Assembly: GCA_965204535.1 (NCBI GenBank)
Contig: CBDBEV010000001.1
Span: 2,272,001-2,336,000, forward strand
Reading direction: 5' to 3'
Length of the DNA: 64,000 nucleotides
Origin: a bacterium
Lineage (GTDB): Bacteria; UBA8248
The notes below the pieces were generated by a model. That model was not told the DNA's origin, searched no databases, and worked only from the letters and a program-made list of their open reading frames with translations. This document shows, in pieces, positions 1-9,543 of the stretch; within the stretch, counting starts at the first letter, position 1; every line of letters starts with the position of its first letter. The position numbers and the translations under genes are program-made.

Positions 1-870
1 ATCAACATCGTCGCGGGTTCGGGGCGCTCGACGGGTGCCAAGATTGTGGGTCATCCTGATATCCGGAAAATCGTCTTCACCGGAGGCACCGAGGGCGGCC
101 TGGAAGTCCTGGGACTCGCCGCCACGAACGTGACCCCGGTGCTTGCGGAACTTGGCGGCAAGGGCCCCATCATCGTGTGCGAGGACGCCGACTTAGACGA
201 GGCGGCCGATGGCGTGATGAGCCAGGTGTTCGCCCGCCAGGGCGAGGTCTGTTTCGCCGGAACCCGCCTGTTCCTCCCGCCTTCCATCCACGATGCGTTC
301 GTCGAGAAGATTAAAGAGCGCGTAGAGGGAATCAACGTGGGCGACGCCATGGATGAAGAGACGGATATGGGGCCGCTCATCTCTCCCGATCACCTCGCAG
401 ACGTCGTCGGCTACGTCGAATCGGCGGTGGAAGACGGGGCCAGCGTCGCCTGCGGAGGCGACCGCGCAAAACCTGAAGGGCAGCCGGATGGGAACTTCAT
501 GCAGCCCACGGTGCTCACGGGCGTGAACCAGGGAATGGAGGCGGCGTGTGAAGAGATTTTCGGCCCCGTTCTCACGGTTCATGAGTATGATTCGCTCGAC
601 GATGCTGTTCGTGACGCCAACGCCACGGACTTCGGGCTGGCGAGCTACGTCTGGACGAGCGACCTGCGCCGGGCGCATCGGCTTGCTCAGGAGCTTGATT
701 GCGGAAACGTGTTCATCAACACCTACCGCTACGGCTCGGAGATACCTTTCGGCGGCGTGAAGAAAAGCGGCATCGGCAGGGAGCATGGCGAGGAGGCGCT
801 GCGCGAATATACCCAGGTGAAAAGCGTCTGCATCGGCCTGTCGAGATGGCATTCCTGGAATCGTGATTAG
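1..870 (+). CDS. Aldehyde dehydrogenase family protein (5'-truncated by the window edge)
   Basis: Frame is open from base 1 (INIVAGSGRSTG...). ALDH motifs FTGGT, ELGGK, catalytic Cys in GEVCFAG, EEIFGP and PFGGVKKSGIGRE. Confidence 0.93.
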   Translation: MNIVAGSGRSTGAKIVGHPDIRKIVFTGGTEGGLEVLGLAATNVTPVLAELGGKGPIIVCEDADLDEAADGVMSQVFARQGEVCFAGTRLFLPPSIHDAFVEKIKERVEGINVGDAMDEETDMGPLISPDHLADVVGYVESAVEDGASVACGGDRAKPEGQPDGNFMQPTVLTGVNQGMEAACEEIFGPVLTVHEYDSLDDAVRDANATDFGLASYVWTSDLRRAHRLAQELDCGNVFINTYRYGSEIPFGGVKKSGIGREHGEEALREYTQVKSVCIGLSRWHSWNRD

Positions 871-936
871 GACGATCCCGTGAATTTTTATGAAACCTTT
901 CAACGCACTTTAAGCGAATCTTAAGGAGGAAACACC

Positions 937-1896
937 ATGAAGAAGTATTTACTGGTTTTCGCACTCGCCTTCGTCGTCGCGGCGGTGTCGGCTGCGCCCG
1001 TCTCGGCGGCCTACCCGACGAAGCCCGTCGAGATGACCATCACCTTCAAGGCCGGCGGCGCTGCGGACATCTCCGGGCGCACCGTGGCGAAAGCGGCCGA
1101 GAAAGTGTTCGGACAGCCCATCGTCGCCGTGAACCGTCCGGGAGCGGGCGGCACGATCGGCTTCGCCTACGTCAAGACCGCGCCGGCGGACGGGTACAAG
1201 ATCGGCTGGCTTTCGGCCTCGATTCTCACCGGCACGAACATGGGGCGCCTGCCCTATGACTACCGCGCATGGGATTACGTTTCCCGCCTGGTGTTCGAGG
1301 GGACGGCCATCGTCGTCCGGGGCGATTCCCCGTATAAATCGCTTCCGGATCTCGTAAAGGCGGCCAAATCGAAGACGCTCAAGATCGGAAGCGCAGGTTC
1401 GGGCAGCTTCACGCGGCTCACGGCTTCGGCGCTCTCCCAAAAGGCGGGCTTCAAGTTCCGTCACGTCCCCCTGGGCAAGCGCCGCGTGCCGAGCCTGCTG
1501 GGCGGCGAGGTCGACGCGATTTCCGTCCATCCGCCCGAGGTTCTGGCCCTTCACAAGGCGGGCAAGGTCCGCATGCTGGCCGTCTCTTTCCCGAAGCGCC
1601 ATCCGGCCTACCCCAAGGTTCCCCTGTTCAGCGAGCACGGGTGGGACGTCGGCTTCTATCAGTTCCGGGGGCTGCACGTTCCCAAGGGAACGCCCAAGGA
1701 AGCGGTTCAAGCGCTCCACAAGGCCTTCTCAGCGGCTGCCAAGGATCCGAAAGTCCTGGCCACCGCCGAGAAGCGAGGTTTCCTGGTCTCCTACATGGGT
1801 CCGGACAAGTTCCCGGGCTTCGTGGCCGAGCAGAACGCTCTGATCAAGAAAATCGTCGTATCCTTGGGTCTGGATAAGAAGAAAAAGAAGAAATAG
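937..1896 (+). CDS. tctC: Tripartite tricarboxylate transporter substrate-binding protein (TctC/Bug)
   Basis: AGGAGG RBS, signal peptide, YPTKPV...AGGAAD, NRPGAGG and ADGY motifs; followed by tctB- and tctA-like genes. Confidence 0.9.
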   Translation: MKKYLLVFALAFVVAAVSAAPVSAAYPTKPVEMTITFKAGGAADISGRTVAKAAEKVFGQPIVAVNRPGAGGTIGFAYVKTAPADGYKIGWLSASILTGTNMGRLPYDYRAWDYVSRLVFEGTAIVVRGDSPYKSLPDLVKAAKSKTLKIGSAGSGSFTRLTASALSQKAGFKFRHVPLGKRRVPSLLGGEVDAISVHPPEVLALHKAGKVRMLAVSFPKRHPAYPKVPLFSEHGWDVGFYQFRGLHVPKGTPKEAVQALHKAFSAAAKDPKVLATAEKRGFLVSYMGPDKFPGFVAEQNALIKKIVVSLGLDKKKKKK

Positions 1897-1938
1897 ACTT
1901 CTGAATCGTGTCGAGGATGAAAAGCCACAAGGGATACG

Positions 1939-2430
1939 GTGTTCATGACGGAGGAGACTAAAAAAATCCAAAGCAAACTCGGACGCCTCGTCGTTCCGAT
2001 CCTTCTGGTGGTTTTTTGCATCTGGTATGGTTCGATCATTCTGGAGTTGCCCCAGGGGCCTGGAGAAGAAGGTCCCCTGGGGCCTTCTTTTGTCCCCTGG
2101 GTGTGGGCTGCGCTGCTGGTCGTCCTCACGCTGGTCGATATCGGGACGGATTACCTCGGTAAAACGCAAGAGAATGCGCACGTCGCCATTGAGCGGAAAG
2201 GCGTTTTCGACGCCTGTATTCTTTGCCTTTTGCTGGTCGGTTTCGCGGTATTGATGCAGTATGCCGGCTTTTCCGCCTCGGTCGTCGCCTTTCTCGCCGT
2301 CTCCATCTTGTGGAGCGGAATACGCTCCTGGAAAATCATCATCCCCTACGTCGTCATCTTCGCCTTTGTGGTGAACTACGTCTTTCACCATGTGCTCAAG
2401 GTTCCCCTGCCCCAGGACTGGCTCTTCTAA
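1939..2430 (+). CDS. tctB: TctB-family small membrane protein
   Basis: About 4 TM helices, GPSFVP motif, C-terminal LKVPLP; lies between tctC and tctA. Start may be GTG 1939 or ATG 1945. Confidence 0.8.
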   Translation: MFMTEETKKIQSKLGRLVVPILLVVFCIWYGSIILELPQGPGEEGPLGPSFVPWVWAALLVVLTLVDIGTDYLGKTQENAHVAIERKGVFDACILCLLLVGFAVLMQYAGFSASVVAFLAVSILWSGIRSWKIIIPYVVIFAFVVNYVFHHVLKVPLPQDWLF

Positions 2431-2432
2431 AG

Positions 2433-3923
2433 ATGAATCTCCTGGTGGACGGCCTCGTCCAGGCACTGGCGTGGAAGCCTCTTCTGTTCGCCGTTCTGGG
2501 AAGTTTTATGGGAATCATCTTCGCGGCCATTCCGGGCTTGACGGTGAGCATGGGCATCATTCTCCTGCTTCCTTTCACCTTCCACATGGCGAGCGTTACG
2601 TCGATGAGCCTTCTGGTGGGCGTTTTCGTCGGCGGGATGACGGGGGGCAGCATCTCGTCCATTCTCCTCAACATTCCCGGCAACCCCGCCGCCATCGTCA
2701 CGAGTCTGGACGGGCACCCGCTCGCCCGGAAGGGCAGGGCTGGGGTCGCGCTGGGCGTGGCTTTTTTTTCGAGTTTCCTGGGCGGGCTTTTCAGCCTTAT
2801 TTGCCTGATTACCATCGCCCCCCAGCTGGCGGAATTCGCCCTGAATTTCGGCGCGCCGGAACTGGCGGCGCTGGTCCTGCTGGGTCTCTGCCTCATCTGC
2901 GGATTCGCCCAAACCTCAATGAGCAAGGCGCTTATCTCGGGCGTGCTGGGCTTGAGCTTCTCCACCGTCGGCATGGACCCCATCGACTCCATACCGCGCT
3001 TCACGTTTTCCGTGGTGCAGATACAGCAGGGCGTTTCATTCCTGCCGGTGATGATAGGGCTTTTCGCGGTGCCCGAGATCATCTCGGGCATGCGCGGCTC
3101 CGCCGTCTCCCTGCCGGATTTCTCGACGCGCCTGCGCGACCTGCTTCCCTCGCCGGGAACCTTGCTTGGCCTTTGGAAGACGCTCGCGCAATCCTCCCTC
3201 ATCGGGACCACCATCGGGCTGCTGCCGGGCACGGGTAGCGCCGTCGCCGCCGTGCTGAGCTACAACACGGCGCAGCGCCGCTCGCCGGAACCCGAATCGT
3301 TCGGGAAGGGAAAGCTCGAAGGCGTTTCCGCGCCCGAGGCCGCCAACAGCGCGATGACCGGCGGCGCGATGATCCCGATGCTCACGCTGGGAATTCCCGG
3401 CGATCCCGTCACCGCCGTCATGCTCGGCGCGCTCACCATCCAGGGGCTCGCGCCGGGTCCTCTCCTGTTCGAGAGCCACGGCGGTTTCGTGTTCTCGATA
3501 TTCGGGTCATTTTTCATCGCGCTTTTCCTGACCATCGTCATCGCGCTTCTGGGCATTCGCCTGTTCGTCCAGGTCTTGCGCGTACCGCCGGGGCTTCTCT
3601 TCCCGAGCATCGCGGTGTTCTGCGTCATCGGCGCGTTCGCGCTCCAGAACAGCTTTTTCGACGTTTTCCTGATGATTGGGTTCGGTCTGCTCGGCTATTT
3701 CATGCAGAAGTTCGACTATCCCATCATGCCCCTGCTCCTGGCGATCATCCTGGGGCCGGTGTTCGAGAAAAACGCGAGAATGTCGCTCATCCTCTCGGAC
3801 GGCGACCCCGGCATCTTCTTCCGCAAACCGATAAGCCTGGTGTTCCTGACCCTGGCTTTACTCTATCTCATCAGCGTCTTTCTGAAGAGGACTTCATTTT
3901 GGAGGGAGCGGAGCCGCGCTTGA
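2433..3923 (+). CDS. tctA: TctA-family tripartite tricarboxylate transporter permease
   Basis: AIPGLT, GGSISSILLNIPG, DGHPLA, APEAANSA and LTLGIPG motifs. ATG 2433, just after the tctB stop, chosen over the ORF-track start. Confidence 0.92.
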   Translation: MNLLVDGLVQALAWKPLLFAVLGSFMGIIFAAIPGLTVSMGIILLLPFTFHMASVTSMSLLVGVFVGGMTGGSISSILLNIPGNPAAIVTSLDGHPLARKGRAGVALGVAFFSSFLGGLFSLICLITIAPQLAEFALNFGAPELAALVLLGLCLICGFAQTSMSKALISGVLGLSFSTVGMDPIDSIPRFTFSVVQIQQGVSFLPVMIGLFAVPEIISGMRGSAVSLPDFSTRLRDLLPSPGTLLGLWKTLAQSSLIGTTIGLLPGTGSAVAAVLSYNTAQRRSPEPESFGKGKLEGVSAPEAANSAMTGGAMIPMLTLGIPGDPVTAVMLGALTIQGLAPGPLLFESHGGFVFSIFGSFFIALFLTIVIALLGIRLFVQVLRVPPGLLFPSIAVFCVIGAFALQNSFFDVFLMIGFGLLGYFMQKFDYPIMPLLLAIILGPVFEKNARMSLILSDGDPGIFFRKPISLVFLTLALLYLISVFLKRTSFWRERSRA

Positions 3924-3986
3924 TGTGCAAATTTATTGATGTGGATTCTTGAATCGAAACGAGACAGGGAAGAGGAGCATCCAACC

Positions 3987-5123
3987 ATGAAGCGAAGCAC
4001 GGAGAGAATACTCACGACCCACACGGGGAGCCTGCCGCGTCCCCGGGAAGTGGTCGATTTACTGCTGGCCCAGGAGGAGGGCGCGGCGGACTCAGGAGAA
4101 CTCGATGCCGCCGTGTCGCGCGCGATAGAAGACGTCGTGGAGAAACAGGCGGAGGCGGGCGTCGACGTGATCAACGACGGCGAGCAGGGCCGGCCCGATT
4201 ACACCTCCCACGTCAAGCACAGGCTGACGGGCTACGAGGGGCCGAGTTCGCCACCGCTCGGCACGGGTGAAGAGCGTTTTCCCGAACTCGCCGAGATACT
4301 CTCTCAATTCGCCTCGCCACTTCAGAACCGACCGGCCTGTTCCGGCCCCGTGGACTGGAAGGACTGGCCCGCCGCCCAGGTGGACATCGAGCGGGCGAAA
4401 AGCGTCCTCGGCCGCGCCGACGTGGAAGAGGCGTTCATGACCTCCCCCTCGCCGGGGCAGATTTCTCGCTATCTCAGGAACCTCCACTACCCGAGCGAGG
4501 AAGAATACATTTTCGCGCTCGCGGACGTGATGCGCCGCGAGTACGAGGCGATTGTGGACGCGGGCCTGCTCCTGCAACTCGACTGCCCCGACCTGGCGCT
4601 CAGCCGCCACACCGTGTTTCGCGATTTGAGCCTCGCGGATTTCCGCAAGGAAATCGAAATGCACGTCGAAGCCCTGAACCACGCGGTGCGCAACATCGCG
4701 CCCGATCGCATGCGCATGCACATTTGCTGGGGCAGCACGCTGGGGCCGCACCATGAGGACGTTCCGCTCAAGGACATCATCGACATCGTGCTCAAGGGCG
4801 CGCCCTGCGCCGTCTCGTTTCCCGGCGCGAACCCCCGACACGGCCATGAGTGGAAGGTATGGTGCGAAGTCGACTTGCCCGAGGACAAGAGCATCATCCC
4901 CGGCGTCATCGATTCGACGTCGAACTTCGTGGAGCATCCCGAATTGGTGGCCGAGCGCATCGTGAACTACGCCGAGGCGGTGGGGCGCGAGAACGTCATC
5001 GCCGGCGTCGATTGCGGCTTCGGCACCTTCGCCGGCCGCGTTCAGGTGGATCGGCGTATCGTGTGGATGAAGATGGCCGCTCTCGCCGAGGGCGCAGCCC
5101 TGGCGTCGGAGCAACTCTGGTAG
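3987..5123 (+). CDS. Cobalamin-independent methionine synthase II family (MetE C-terminal-domain-like) protein
   Basis: TTHTGSLPRP, DGEQ, LQLDCPDL, HICWG, PGVID and DCGFGTF motifs; GAGGAG RBS upstream of ATG 3987. Confidence 0.88.
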   Translation: MKRSTERILTTHTGSLPRPREVVDLLLAQEEGAADSGELDAAVSRAIEDVVEKQAEAGVDVINDGEQGRPDYTSHVKHRLTGYEGPSSPPLGTGEERFPELAEILSQFASPLQNRPACSGPVDWKDWPAAQVDIERAKSVLGRADVEEAFMTSPSPGQISRYLRNLHYPSEEEYIFALADVMRREYEAIVDAGLLLQLDCPDLALSRHTVFRDLSLADFRKEIEMHVEALNHAVRNIAPDRMRMHICWGSTLGPHHEDVPLKDIIDIVLKGAPCAVSFPGANPRHGHEWKVWCEVDLPEDKSIIPGVIDSTSNFVEHPELVAERIVNYAEAVGRENVIAGVDCGFGTFAGRVQVDRRIVWMKMAALAEGAALASEQLW

Positions 5124-5377
5124 GGCGGTAAAGGACTTGGTCGTTCCCGATTGGTGTTTTATACCTCGGGAACGGCGATTCCCCCTCTTGATTCATGCCC
5201 ACAAGGAAAGTTCCGCCTCCGTTGCCGGACTGATCGAAATCTCCATTTTTCTCGAAAATAAGACGGCTCTATAGCTCACCCCCTCCCGTGAGCCCCCGCT
5301 GCGCAGAAAATCCTTACTTCCCAAACGACGTTTGTTGCCAAAAACGCGAATTTTTTCAAAAAAATGCGCATTTTTCG

Positions 5378-5407
5378 TTGACAAAATCAAAAAATGACCT
5401 ATATATA
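5378..5407 (+). promoter_or_regulatory. Sigma70-type promoter for hsp20
   Basis: TTGACA (5378-5383) followed 16-18 nt later by TATATA, in an AT-rich intergenic stretch. Confidence 0.55.
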
Positions 5408-5421
5408 AAGTGTAATACATA

Positions 5422-5454
5422 TGATTATATGAGTTCAAATAACTCATATAATCA
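5422..5454. promoter_or_regulatory. Perfect 14-bp inverted repeat with HAIR-like core (putative HspR-type operator)
   Basis: TGATTATATGAGTT-CAAAT-AACTCATATAATCA. The core TGAGT-N7-ACTCA matches HAIR (CTTGAGT-N7-ACTCAAG) and lies between the promoter and hsp20. Confidence 0.65.
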
Positions 5455-5530
5455 GAATTTTCAGCCGCTAAACATGAAAAATGGGGAAAGCAAGTCCCCG
5501 AAATCACTTTCACCACAAGGAGGATTCAAA

Positions 5531-5947
5531 ATGCCCAATCTGATGAGACCCGGTTCGATTCACGACGTATTCAACCGCTTTCTGGAAGATTCCTTCGTCA
5601 AGCCTCTTGCCACCGATGGCGAGGAAGGGATTCTGCCCGTCGACATCGCGCAAACCGATACGGACGTCGTGGTGCGCGCTTCGCTTCCGGGGTACAAGAA
5701 AGAGGATATCGACCTTCGGATCGAGAAGGGCGTACTCTCCATCAAGGCGACGAAGCAATCGGACCAAGAAGTCGAAGACGAGAAGTTCTATCGCCGTGAA
5801 CGTTTCATGGGTTCCGTGAGCCGCCGCATTGTGCTGCCCGGTATGGTGCGGAACGACGCATCGAGCGCGGAACTCGTCGACGGCGTCCTCACGCTTCGCG
5901 TACCCATCGCCGAGGCGAACAAGCCGAAGCAGATCCTGATCCAGTAA
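5531..5947 (+). CDS. Small heat-shock protein, Hsp20/alpha-crystallin family
   Basis: AGGAGG RBS; PVDI, LPGYKKEDI, YRRERFMGSVSR, A..DGVLTLRVP motifs and a C-terminal IxI-like motif. Confidence 0.93.
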   Translation: MPNLMRPGSIHDVFNRFLEDSFVKPLATDGEEGILPVDIAQTDTDVVVRASLPGYKKEDIDLRIEKGVLSIKATKQSDQEVEDEKFYRRERFMGSVSRRIVLPGMVRNDASSAELVDGVLTLRVPIAEANKPKQILIQ

Positions 5948-5961
5948 GCGAGCCATCCTGT

Positions 5962-5997
5962 CCGGCCCCCGGCGTTGCGTCGGGGGCCGGTTCGTTT
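5962..5997 (+). terminator. Stem-loop after hsp20, probable intrinsic terminator
   Basis: CCGGCCCCCGGCG-TTG-CGTCGGGGGCCGG followed by TTCGTTT. Confidence 0.55.
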
Positions 5998-6118
5998 GAA
6001 CGCTCCCCATTTCTCGTATTTTGTTGAATCAATCCTGGATTATCGTCAGGTATCATAAGAACGCCGGTTCAGCCCGAGTCGTTTCAGGTGAAAATCGGTT
6101 GTTTCCGATTCGATGCGG

Positions 6119-6386
6119 GGTTGTTGAAGAAGTCTTGTCCGGCTTTTGAGATTGTTCGCTGTAGGGACAGGCCCCCGTGCCTGTCCCTCTGAATCGCAAC
6201 CAAGGGGATGGACATATCCGATACGGGCGGCCACGGGGGGCCGCCCCTACGGGGGAATGCGGTTTTGTTAGTCATTCCGGCGACAGCCGGAATGACTAAG
6301 GATAGCCACGCACGTCCGTAGGGACAGGTCGCGACCTGTCCCTACAAAACCTGCAATCCCCGTTCATCGGGACTTTTTCAACAGCC
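6119..6386. mobile_element. MITE-like non-coding element carrying REP palindromes
   Basis: Terminal inverted repeats GGTTGTTGAAGAAGTC / GACTTTTTCAACAGCC (14/16). Inside are GTAG-REPs at ~6161, ~6225 and 6318 and a GTCATTCCGGC..GCCGGAATGAC palindrome. Confidence 0.6.
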
Positions 6387-6438
6387 TTGATACCTCATGG
6401 GTGGTACGGTCGATGCTACTTGCTCGATGGTGTCAGTC

Positions 6439-7827
6439 TTACGCCCCCGCCACGGTGAGGCGGATGAGCTTTTCCGCCTTCTCTTGCGCCTCCAGCGTGC
6501 GGCAGGTTTCGATGATTTCCCCGTAGCGCGGCTCCGGAATCGGCAGCCCCGGGGCGATGCCACAGATGCGGTTCACGAGTTCGTCGAAGTTGAAAATGAA
6601 CTCCCGCCCGGTGGCCTGTCTGGTGAAGACCCCTCTTTCTTTGGTGAAGATACTCACCCTGGGGGCGAAAAGCCCCATATCGCGGGAGGGGATGATTCTC
6701 ACCCGCTCCATCATTTCGAGCACCTCGGGCGGGTCGTCCTCGCCCGGTGGTTTGTTCAGCAGCGGATAGCCGCGCTTCACGACGCCGAAGGCCGCATAGT
6801 AATGCGTGCCGCCCGGTCGCGGCGCGCCGTCCTCGCGGCGGTTCGTGAAGGCGGGGCTCGGGTACTGCGTCTCCAGCCAGTTCACGAGAGTCTCCACGCG
6901 CTCGACCTCCTCAATGCGGATGTCGTTCTCCTCGCAGAGGCTCGCCGTCACGTCGATGTGGGCCAAGTTGTAGCCCGAGGTGGAGTAGATGCGGAACAGT
7001 GTTTCGAGGAACAGCCACTCCTCCCCAAGCCCCTCGGTGATTTTGCCCAGGCTCGTCCTCGCCTCGCCCGTGAAGCTGTACGTGAGGCGGCCCTCGTTGT
7101 TTCCCGTGTAGGCGTGATAGAAACCGGCTTCGCCCTCCAGCACCGTTTCCCCGCCGGCGTGGCCCCGCTCGGCTAGGGCCACCGCAAGGAGGGCGTTTCG
7201 CACCGCGCCGCCTTCTCTGAGCGCCTGCCCGCCGCTGCGCGGGCCTTCGAGGTTTCCGCTCGCGAGACTCGCGCAGAGCGCAACCGTGCTGTTCAATTGC
7301 TCCTCATCCAGTCTCATGATCTTCCCGGCGGCGACGGCGGCCCCGAAAATCCCGAAGACGGGACCCGCGTGAAAACCGCGCGACATCACCGTGGGGATGA
7401 AGTCCGACGCGAGGCGCTCCATGACTTCATAGCCCGCGGCGACGCCCGTCAGAAAATCCGCCCCTGAGGCGCCCCTCGTTTCCGCCGCTGCCAGGGCGGC
7501 GGGGATGATGGAGGTTCCCGGGTGGGTGAGCATTCGGAAGGTGTCCCACTTGCCGCCCGCCAGAGCCATTTCTGCGTTCGCAAAGGCGGCGCCCCCTTTC
7601 GTCGCTCCGGCTCCGCTCACCATGATGGTCGCGCCGCGATGAACGCCTGTTTCTTCTTCTGTGATGAACGCGACGGCCCTGCGCCCGTCTTCGGTTCGAG
7701 AACCCAGAAGAGCGGAACCGATGGCTTGTAAGGTAACGCCCTTGGCGCGGTCGACGACTTCTCCCGGCAGATCCGCGAAACGAAGCCCCGCCGCCCACCT
7801 CGCGAGAGTGCGGCTTAAAGACGCCAT
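6439..7827 (-). CDS. MmgE/PrpD family protein
   Basis: LRFADLP, HPG...IPAALA, GYEV..R, RGFH, FGAAVAAGK and EGEAGF motifs. Start set at ATG 7827. Confidence 0.85.
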   Translation of the reverse strand: MASLSRTLARWAAGLRFADLPGEVVDRAKGVTLQAIGSALLGSRTEDGRRAVAFITEEETGVHRGATIMVSGAGATKGGAAFANAEMALAGGKWDTFRMLTHPGTSIIPAALAAAETRGASGADFLTGVAAGYEVMERLASDFIPTVMSRGFHAGPVFGIFGAAVAAGKIMRLDEEQLNSTVALCASLASGNLEGPRSGGQALREGGAVRNALLAVALAERGHAGGETVLEGEAGFYHAYTGNNEGRLTYSFTGEARTSLGKITEGLGEEWLFLETLFRIYSTSGYNLAHIDVTASLCEENDIRIEEVERVETLVNWLETQYPSPAFTNRREDGAPRPGGTHYYAAFGVVKRGYPLLNKPPGEDDPPEVLEMMERVRIIPSRDMGLFAPRVSIFTKERGVFTRQATGREFIFNFDELVNRICGIAPGLPIPEPRYGEIIETCRTLEAQEKAEKLIRLTVAGA

Positions 7828-8102
7828 CTTGGTGGTCTTCCCGAAGGTGCAGGATGCGCACCGCGGATGAGCGATCGCCTGGCCTGCGGGGGGTTGATGG
7901 GGGGAATTCTGATCATGAAAACGGCAATCCTCGAAACATGGGTGAAACAAAACAGAAACGACAATTTAACCGAACCGCAAGATTCCCGCAAAGAAACCTC
8001 TCTATATTTCCATTCTGTCATCGAAGATTTTCTGTGTTCGTTTTGTTTTCAGGCCGCAAGAGACGGCCGCTTTTACAGAGATAAGAAGGGGAGACTGAAA
8101 GA

Positions 8103-9431
8103 ATGAAGAGTAAGAAGAAGTTGATCGGAGCAGAAAAGCTGTCCCGCAGGAGGTTCCTGAAGAAAGCGGGAGCGATGGGACTCGGCGCCGCGGCGATGAG
8201 CGCGCTTCCGTTCCCGAACGTGATTCGGGCGGCCGAGCCCATCAAGATAGGGGTTCTGCACTCTCTGAGCGGAACCATGGCGATCAGCGAGGTTTCGCTG
8301 CGCGACGTGGTGATGATGGCCGTGGAGGAGATCAACTCGGCGGGCGGCGTGATGAAGCGCCCCATCAAGCCCGTGGTCGTCGACCCGGCTTCTGACTGGG
8401 ATTTGTTCGCCGAGAAGGCGAAGCAGCTTCTCCTGAAGGACAAGGTGGACGTGACCTTCGGCTGCTGGACGTCGGTGAGCCGCAAATCCGTCCTTCCCGT
8501 GTATGAGAAGAACAACGGCCTGCTCTTCTACCCGGTGCAGTACGAGGGCGAGGAGTGCTCGAAGAACGTCTTCTACACGGGCGCGACGCCGAACCAGCAG
8601 TTGATTCCGGCGGCGGATTACATGATGAGCGAGGACGGCGGGGGATTCAAGAAATTCTACCTGCTCGGCACCGACTACGTGTTCCCGCGCACGGCGAACA
8701 AGATACTCCGGGCCTTCCTGCTGGCGAAAGGCGTGCCGGCTGCGAACATCATGGAAGAGTACACGCCCTTCCACCACCAGGATTACCAGACCATCGTGGG
8801 CAAGGTGAAATCCTTCGCCTCGGGCGGCGACGCCGCCGTGCTCAGCACCATCAACGGCGACAGCAACGTGCCCTTCTACAAGGAGTTCGCGAACCAGGGG
8901 CTGCGCTCCGAAGACGTGCCCATCATGGCGTTCAGCGTGGCCGAGGACGAGCTGCGCGGCATGGACTCGAAATCGCTCGTCGGGCACCTGGCGGCCTGGA
9001 ACTACTACCAGTCGATCGACACGCCGCAGAACAAGAAGTTCGTCAAGAACTTCAAGACCTACTGCAAGAAGATGGGCCTGCCGGGCGGTGCGAGCCGCGT
9101 GACGGACGACCCCATCGAAGCGGCCTATCTCGGCGTCTACATCTGGAAGCAGGCGGTCGAGAAAGCGGGCACCACGAAGGTGGACGACGTACGCAAGGTG
9201 GCTTACGGGATGGGTTTCGAGGCGCCGGGCGGATTCAAGAAGATCGACGAGAAGAACCACCATCTGCACAAGCCCGTGCTCATCGGCGAAATCCTCAAGA
9301 ACGGGCAATTCGAAATCGTCTCGCAGACGAAGGGCCTCGTGGCGCCCGAACCCTGGAGCAAGTACACGAGTCCGGACAAGAGCTGTGACTGGGTAAATCA
9401 CCAGGGAACGTATAAGAAGTCTGCCACCTAG
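8103..9431 (+). CDS. urtA: Urea ABC transporter substrate-binding protein
   Basis: Tat signal SRRRFLK; LHSLSGTMAISE, FGCWTSVSRKSVLPV, YPVQYEG and DYVFPRTAN motifs. Confidence 0.95.
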   Translation: MKSKKKLIGAEKLSRRRFLKKAGAMGLGAAAMSALPFPNVIRAAEPIKIGVLHSLSGTMAISEVSLRDVVMMAVEEINSAGGVMKRPIKPVVVDPASDWDLFAEKAKQLLLKDKVDVTFGCWTSVSRKSVLPVYEKNNGLLFYPVQYEGEECSKNVFYTGATPNQQLIPAADYMMSEDGGGFKKFYLLGTDYVFPRTANKILRAFLLAKGVPAANIMEEYTPFHHQDYQTIVGKVKSFASGGDAAVLSTINGDSNVPFYKEFANQGLRSEDVPIMAFSVAEDELRGMDSKSLVGHLAAWNYYQSIDTPQNKKFVKNFKTYCKKMGLPGGASRVTDDPIEAAYLGVYIWKQAVEKAGTTKVDDVRKVAYGMGFEAPGGFKKIDEKNHHLHKPVLIGEILKNGQFEIVSQTKGLVAPEPWSKYTSPDKSCDWVNHQGTYKKSAT

Positions 9432-9440
9432 TTGCAAGAA

Positions 9441-9479
9441 CCGCCCGGGGGGAGCCGAAGCCGGCTCCCCCATGGGCGG
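9441..9479 (+). other. Intercistronic GC-rich stem-loop after urtA (transcript stabiliser or partial terminator)
   Basis: CCGCCC-GGGGGGAGCCG-AAGC-CGGCTCCCCC-AT-GGGCGG hairpin between urtA and urtB. Confidence 0.5.
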
Positions 9480-9543
9480 CCCAAAAGAAAAACATGTGAA
9501 TCGCAAATACCGGCGATGTGCCAAATACGGCGAAGGAGGGGGT

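Noticed and set aside
1873-1896. Poly-Lys tail of TctC as a slippage tract
   Set aside because: Mixed AAG/AAA codons and an intact frame; the other TctC also ends in KKK.
5288-5530. N-terminal extension of Hsp20 given by the ORF track
   Set aside because: It overlaps the promoter and operator; a strong RBS supports ATG 5531.
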